Assembly (NCBI GenBank): GCA_046262595.1
Contig: JBHEMM010000007.1
Coordinates: 32,163 to 63,124 of the forward strand
DNA length: 30,962 bases
From: Vulcanimicrobiaceae bacterium
Lineage (GTDB): Bacteria; Vulcanimicrobiota; Vulcanimicrobiia; Vulcanimicrobiales; Vulcanimicrobiaceae
Direction of reading: 5' to 3'
In this document: piece after piece, positions 26,184 through 30,962 of the stretch
Position numbering within the stretch: position 1 is the stretch's first letter
Layout: each line of letters opens with the position of its first letter
Position numbers and translations under genes: made by a program
Notes under the pieces: generated by a model
Databases searched by the model: none
Told to the model about the DNA's origin: nothing
What the model saw: the letters and a program-made list of their open reading frames with translations, nothing else

Positions 26184-27365
26184 ATGAACACTCGGAGGAT
26201 TCTTCTCGGGGCGGCGGCCGGTTTCAGCGCCGGATACGCGCTGTACCGTGCGTGCGAGGCGTTCGGCGCGCGGCCGGACCGAAATCTGCGCCGCGACGCG
26301 CGCCGCTACGGAGAGATCCGGCGTGGACTTGCCCTTGCGGGTATCGTGCGTTCGTTGAGCGAGGCCGCCGTGCTGGCGTATGGGCCGCTGGGCGTTGCGC
26401 TCGAGCGTTCGGTGCAGCGCGCGCCGGTGTGGGCGCAGCCGATGGCGTTTGCCGCCGGCGGCGCGTTCCTCGAAACGATTGCCGGCGCGGGCGCCGATTA
26501 CGTTGAAGACTACGCGCTCGAGAAACGGTTCGAACTGAGCGAACAGCCGGTCGCGTCGTGGCTGGCGGACAAGCTGAAAGGTGAGGCGGTGGGCGCCGGC
26601 GTTGCGATCGCACTTGCCGGTACGTTTGCAGCCGTCGTGCGGCGCTTTCCGCGCACGTGGCCGTGGATCGCCAGTGCGGCGACCTTGCCGCTGCTGGTCG
26701 GCGCGAATATCGTTGTACCGATCTATATCATGCCGCTGTTCAATAAATACACGCCGCTGGAAGGGCCGCTCGAAGAGCGGCTGCGCGCGCTTGCATCGCG
26801 TTACGGCGTGGGCGATGCCGACATTCTGCGCGTGAACATGAGCAAGCAAACCAAAAAAGCCAACGCATTCGTGACCGGAATCGGGCGCACGCACCGCATC
26901 GTGCTGGGCGACACACTGATCGAACATTTTCCGCAGGACGAAATCGAGTTTATCGTGGCGCACGAACTGGGGCATTACGTTTCCGGCGACACGTGGCGCA
27001 TGATCGCTGCAGGCCAGATCGCCTCTACGGCGGTGCTGTTCGGATCGTTCGCGTTGTTGGAAGATCATTCGAAGGAGCGCGCGCAGCGCGCCGTTACGCT
27101 GGCGCAAATTGCCTGGTGGTCCTCGCTCATTTCGCAGGCGTTCCGGCCGGCGCTCAGCGCCTTTTCGCGATCCAGGGAATGGGCCGCCGATCACTTTGCG
27201 CTTCAAACCACCGGCGTGGCGGCGGTGGGAGCTGCGGCGTTCCGGCGGCTACGCGACCAGAATTTGGCCGAGGACGAACAGCCGGCGTGGTTCGAGTTTC
27301 TCTTTGCGAGTCATCCCTCGCTTAAGGCGCGAATCACGCATCTAGAACGCAGCAGAAGCTACTAG
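26184..27365 (+). CDS. M48 family (Ste24-like) membrane metallopeptidase
   Basis: PLFNKYTPL, MSKQTKKANAFVTG, RIVLGDTL, AHELGH (HExxH), SR..E..AD, SHP....RI. Confidence 0.93.
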   Translation: MNTRRILLGAAAGFSAGYALYRACEAFGARPDRNLRRDARRYGEIRRGLALAGIVRSLSEAAVLAYGPLGVALERSVQRAPVWAQPMAFAAGGAFLETIAGAGADYVEDYALEKRFELSEQPVASWLADKLKGEAVGAGVAIALAGTFAAVVRRFPRTWPWIASAATLPLLVGANIVVPIYIMPLFNKYTPLEGPLEERLRALASRYGVGDADILRVNMSKQTKKANAFVTGIGRTHRIVLGDTLIEHFPQDEIEFIVAHELGHYVSGDTWRMIAAGQIASTAVLFGSFALLEDHSKERAQRAVTLAQIAWWSSLISQAFRPALSAFSRSREWAADHFALQTTGVAAVGAAAFRRLRDQNLAEDEQPAWFEFLFASHPSLKARITHLERSRSY

Positions 27366-27459
27366 TCGTCCGAAAGGCGCGCGTAAGATTGCTTAGCCGG
27401 CGGTTTGTCTAGCGTCTGACGATTCGGCCCGGGCGCTGCGTTGTGGGTACATGTCGCGC

Positions 27460-27987
27460 ATGAACGAAAACATCACACAAACTCGCGCCACCGGCGCGAT
27501 CGAGATGCTGATAAGCGACCACCAAACGATCAAGAGCCTGCTGACGCAGCTGACGCGATCTTCGGATAGCGGTACGCGTAAGCAGACGTTGGAAGAGCTC
27601 AAGGGGTTACTGACGATTCACAACTCCCTTGAAGAAAACATCGTCTATCCGGCGCTCGCGCAGATTGCGCGCAAGCACACCGAGTCCATGCACTTGTACG
27701 AAGAAACAGCGGCGGCGGACGTACTGATTTTCGAAATTGACACGATGCTCAAAGAAAACGATGACAGCGATTTCACAGCAAAGGCCGAAACGCTCCAAAA
27801 AGCTGTTTTCGAACATATTGAGGATGAAGAACAAAAAGCGTTCCGCGATCTGCGCGAGAAAGCGGAGCCGCAGGAGATGCAGATGCTGGACACGTCGGCG
27901 CAAGAATTCCGGCGCAAGTTCCGCTTCGATGGAGCCGGCGAGCGCGCGACGATGCGCGCCGAAACGGGCGAGATCCGAAGCGATTAA
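27460..27987 (+). CDS. Hemerythrin-like HHE cation-binding domain protein
   Basis: AIEMLISDH, H...EE.IVYPAL, HIEDEE...F; alternative start at 27451. Confidence 0.85.
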   Translation: MNENITQTRATGAIEMLISDHQTIKSLLTQLTRSSDSGTRKQTLEELKGLLTIHNSLEENIVYPALAQIARKHTESMHLYEETAAADVLIFEIDTMLKENDDSDFTAKAETLQKAVFEHIEDEEQKAFRDLREKAEPQEMQMLDTSAQEFRRKFRFDGAGERATMRAETGEIRSD

Positions 27988-28105
27988 TGTTGCGGCGGCG
28001 GCTGGGGCTGCGGCTGACTTAGCCGCAGCGCCGCGCGGGTCCAAGCGGCGGGCACCGCCCCGCGCGCGTGTCGACTCAGTCGGCAACCTTCTGCTTGGAG
28101 CGTAA

Positions 28106-28126
28106 GTTCGACAGGCTCAGGATGAC
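28106..28126 (+). repeat. REP-like element, copy 2
   Basis: GTTCGACAGGCTCAGGATGAC in a convergent intergenic region. Confidence 0.8.
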
Positions 28127-28136
28127 GCAGTAGGGG

Positions 28137-29564
28137 TCACGATGACGCGCTGGGGATTGGGCGGCTTGAGAGCCAGGTCGTTAGGCTCGTTTTTGAGGAT
28201 AAATATTCGCCTGTCGCAAGTTCGTGGCGGAACTCGCCGAAGGTGCCCGCGGCTTCGGCGAAGGCGTCGTGTTTGTGAATCGATTCGTAATTGGTTTGAG
28301 TTGCCGACAGGAACGTGTCGCCGCCGAAATCGGCGTACATATCAAGTGCGCTCGAGAGAATGCCGCGCACGACGTCCTCGACGAACTTCGGGTTGTGGTG
28401 CGCTTTGTTCACGATGAAGAACTCGTCCGGGCGCTTGAGCAGGTCGTACGTTTCGCTCGACATGGCGTGCTCCACGATTTCGACCAGATCTTCGGCGCGC
28501 ACCGCGTCTTCGTTCGCTGCGCCGGCGCCGATCAGGACGGTGCCCTTGCCCCGCTGGTTGTGCGTGGCAACGGGAAGCGCGTCCAAGGCGCGTTTGGCTT
28601 GTTCTTGCGCGAACCCCGCTTCGAGCAGTTCGTGCATGCTGTGTTCGCGGATCATCAGCTGCGCGCACGGGCATGCCGTCATGCCTTCGGCTTCCACGCC
28701 GATGGCGCGGCGCGTGCCTTTCGCGTCGGCATACGCGATGCCGATCAAGGTGTAGGTTTCTTCGCCGCGTTTACCGCTAACGGGTGTCCAGCGCTCCAAG
28801 CCGAAATCGGCGCGCAAACGGACGTCGGCGCGAACGGCGCGCTGCGATCCCACGATCTCTTTTGCTATCGCTTCCACGATGCGTTCGATCGGCGCGGCGT
28901 CTTGACGCGCGAGCACATCGAGTGCGGCTTCCTCTAAAATTTCGGAAAAGCGCGACATGTGTACGCCGGCTTTGTCGGGCGCGAGATCGGCCACCATGGT
29001 GAACTCGCCGTTGTAGACGCGTTCTTTGCCGTCGATGCGCAGGTGCACGATGCGCCGCACGCGGGATACGCCCACGCGGGAGAGGCCCAGGCGGACATCG
29101 GGCGATTCTTCTTGGCGGTTCGCGCTGAAGTGGAGGGAGCGGGGCAGTTTTTTTAATGCTTCGACCGGCTCAGCATGACGCGTGGCGGGATGAGCAAGGA
29201 AAGGGGCGATTTCCAAGAGCGGGACGACGTTGTACGTGCGGGATTCCAGATCCGGGTGCCGCCACGTTGGGGTAACGAGGATGTCGACGTCGATCGGGCG
29301 TGCGGCGAGCTTGCGGTTGGTGAAGCGGCGCACTGCAATCTCCACTTCTTCGGCAAAATGCCGGAAAGCCTCGGTACCGAGCGTCGTTTCGAGTTCGGCG
29401 GCGACGTTGAGGAACGCGGGGCCTTCCGCGCCTCCCGCGGCGGCGCTTTCATAGAACGATGAAACGGCTGCCACGTGTGCGCGGGCGCGCAGCCGCTGCA
29501 GCGCCGACAAAATGTTTGCCTGCCGGTCGCCGAGGTTGGAACCGATTCCGATATAAAGCCGCAC
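28137..29564 (-). CDS. folK-folE2: FolK (HPPK) :: GTP cyclohydrolase MptA/FolE2 fusion
   Basis: N-terminus YIGIGSNLGDR, SSFYES, FLN, RPIDVDIL, HP, PLLEIAP. C-terminus GVHMSRF, GMTACPCA, THNQRG, LLKRPDE, NPKFVEDVVR, ESIHKHDA. One uninterrupted 475-aa ORF. Confidence 0.92.
   Translation of the reverse strand: MRLYIGIGSNLGDRQANILSALQRLRARAHVAAVSSFYESAAAGGAEGPAFLNVAAELETTLGTEAFRHFAEEVEIAVRRFTNRKLAARPIDVDILVTPTWRHPDLESRTYNVVPLLEIAPFLAHPATRHAEPVEALKKLPRSLHFSANRQEESPDVRLGLSRVGVSRVRRIVHLRIDGKERVYNGEFTMVADLAPDKAGVHMSRFSEILEEAALDVLARQDAAPIERIVEAIAKEIVGSQRAVRADVRLRADFGLERWTPVSGKRGEETYTLIGIAYADAKGTRRAIGVEAEGMTACPCAQLMIREHSMHELLEAGFAQEQAKRALDALPVATHNQRGKGTVLIGAGAANEDAVRAEDLVEIVEHAMSSETYDLLKRPDEFFIVNKAHHNPKFVEDVVRGILSSALDMYADFGGDTFLSATQTNYESIHKHDAFAEAAGTFGEFRHELATGEYLSSKTSLTTWLSSRPIPSASS
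29159..29179 (+). repeat. REP-like element, copy 3 (intragenic)
   Basis: CTTCGACCGGCTCAGCATGAC; translated on the minus strand as RHAEPVEA. Confidence 0.75.
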
Positions 29565-29637
29565 CCGGCGAGCCTTCGGCGCGCGACGGATTCGGTCCTG
29601 AGCTTCGAGAATAACGAGCGGTAGGAGAAGGAGACCG

Positions 29638-30321
29638 GTGATGTACGATGCACGAAACGTCGGATCGATGGAGCGGTGGATTTCCGTGGGTGCCGGCGCA
29701 TTGCTTGGCGCGGTTGCCGTGAAGCGCCGCGGAACGCTGGGTTTGCTCGCGGGCGCCGCCGGCGCGGAGCTCGTGTATCGCGGCGCGACCGGCTTCTGCC
29801 CGGTCTACGGCGCTTTCGGAATCGACACGTCTGCCGAGAACGAAACGCGCAATCCGAACGCGAGCGTTCCCTACGGGCGCGGCGTACGGGTTGAGGAATC
29901 GATCGCCGTTGCCAAACCGGCCGACGAAGTGTACGCGTTCTGGCGCCGTTTGGATACGCTGCCGCAGTTCATGCAGCACGTCGAGGAAGTGACCGCGCTC
30001 ACCGGCGATCGTTCTCGCTGGCGCGTGCGTGCGCCCATCGGCGCGCGCGCGACGTGGGAAGCGGAGATCATCAACGACATACCGGGGCAGCTCATCGGGT
30101 GGCGATCGCTGCCCGGTTCGGCTATCCATCATGCGGGTTCGGTGCACTTCGACCAGCGCGACGGTTTGACGGAAGTGCGCGTGGTGCTCGAGTACGCGCC
30201 GCCCGCGCGTTTTGTCGGCGCGTCGATCGCGCGTATTTTGGGTGAAGAGCCGCAGCGGCAGATCGCCGCGGATTTGCGCCGGTTCAAAGCGATCCTGGAA
30301 CGCGGCGAGCACGCCGGCTGA
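29638..30321 (+). CDS. SRPBCC (cyclase/dehydrase) protein with N-terminal DUF2892-like segment
   Basis: NVGSMERW, RGATGFCPVY, VYAFWR...LPQFM, WEAEI, IGWRS, DLRRFK..LE.GE; AGGAG RBS. Confidence 0.88.
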   Translation: MMYDARNVGSMERWISVGAGALLGAVAVKRRGTLGLLAGAAGAELVYRGATGFCPVYGAFGIDTSAENETRNPNASVPYGRGVRVEESIAVAKPADEVYAFWRRLDTLPQFMQHVEEVTALTGDRSRWRVRAPIGARATWEAEIINDIPGQLIGWRSLPGSAIHHAGSVHFDQRDGLTEVRVVLEYAPPARFVGASIARILGEEPQRQIAADLRRFKAILERGEHAG

Positions 30322-30323
30322 CC

Positions 30324-30962
30324 GTGGACGCGCAGACCTTGTATCCGCTCGTGCTCAAACCGAAGCTCGCTCCGGCGATCTGGGGCGGCGATGCGCTGGT
30401 GAAGCGATTCGGCAAAGAGGGCGACCAAAATGCGCTGCTCGGCGAAACGTGGGAGTGCTGGGATGCGAACGGCGTCGAGAACGGTGCGTTTGCCGGGCGC
30501 ACCGTCGCGCAATTGCGCGAGCAGCTCGGCGCGGCGCTGCTGGGCGATCTGGATCCGGCGCAGATCTTTCCCATTCTCACCAAGATCATCGATGCGCGAG
30601 CCTCGCTTTCTGTCCAGGTGCATCCCGGCGATGCCTACGCGCAGCGTATCGAGCATCAGCGTAACGGAAAGACGGAGTGCTGGTACGTGCTCGACGCGCA
30701 GGACGGCGCCCAGCTCGCGATGGGCTGGATGGAAGACACGACGCGCGAGGAGTACGAACGGCGTGTTGCCGATGGTTCGCTCGGCGATATCTTGAACCGC
30801 GTCCCCGTGAAAGCCGGCGATGCGTTCTATATTCCCGCCGGGACGCTGCACGCGATCGGTGCCGGCATTACGATCTTTGAAACGCAGCAGGCCAGCGATT
30901 TGACGTACCGCATCTTCGACTGGAACCGCCTCGGCGCCGACGGCAAGGTCAAGCTGTTCAAC
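30324..30962 (+). CDS. manA: Type I mannose-6-phosphate isomerase (partial, runs off the right edge; absent from the ORF track)
   Basis: Manual translation from GTG at 30324: IWGG, GETWE, FPILTKIIDA, LSVQVHP, GKTECWY, IPAGTLHAIG, ETQQASDLTYRIFDWNR. Confidence 0.92.
   Translation, partial: MDAQTLYPLVLKPKLAPAIWGGDALVKRFGKEGDQNALLGETWECWDANGVENGAFAGRTVAQLREQLGAALLGDLDPAQIFPILTKIIDARASLSVQVHPGDAYAQRIEHQRNGKTECWYVLDAQDGAQLAMGWMEDTTREEYERRVADGSLGDILNRVPVKAGDAFYIPAGTLHAIGAGITIFETQQASDLTYRIFDWNRLGADGKVKLFN

Noticed and set aside
26169..27206. N-terminal 346-aa extension of the 848-aa amidohydrolase ORF
   Set aside because: It is the antisense shadow of the M48 peptidase; amidohydrolase homology begins at VIALKNARV (26168).
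27421..27450. SigB/SigF-like promoter (GGGTAC) before the hemerythrin gene, and GATTCGG shared with 29589
   Set aside because: No GTTT -35 at proper spacing, and spacing is inconsistent between the two sites.
29565..29637. Riboswitch upstream of the folate fusion gene
   Set aside because: Only 73 bp shared with a divergent gene; no THF, ZTP or preQ1 consensus recognised.
19135..30962. GH47 and manA as a mannose utilisation locus
   Set aside because: About 10 kb apart on opposite strands, with unrelated genes between and no sugar transporter or regulator.

Overview
GC-rich bacterial chromosomal segment, densely packed with about 35 mostly housekeeping or stress genes. Gene style tentatively suggests a soil Terrabacteria lineage such as Ca. 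Eremiobacterota; this is inference only. No rRNA, tRNA, CRISPR array, integrase or transposase was seen. Contents in order: a partial Lhr helicase with a Gram-positive-type LexA box; a YjfB-like microprotein missed by the ORF track; a histone H1-like K/R/A-rich protein; a broken ECF sigma/anti-sigma pair; an MFS transporter; an ABC-2 transporter whose three genes are separated by unrelated genes (including an antisense alkA-pirin-OYE block); a class A beta-lactamase-fold protein; an in-frame GIY-YIG::cyclophilin ORF; secreted peptidases; an arsI-like gene with a near-consensus promoter and palindromes; a Tat-type GH47 mannosidase; hemL-like; a short dprA; a DUF1858-Mrp protein; an amidohydrolase; an M48 peptidase; a hemerythrin-like protein; a FolK::MptA/FolE2 fusion; an SRPBCC protein; and a partial manA. 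The most notable items are the FolK::MptA-type GTP cyclohydrolase fusion, a 21-bp REP-like repeat family (one copy is translated in frame in that fusion's linker, another supplies a stop codon), the GIY-YIG::PPIase read-through, and the Mrp with a relocated CxxC. All family calls come from motif recognition by eye; no database search was run.
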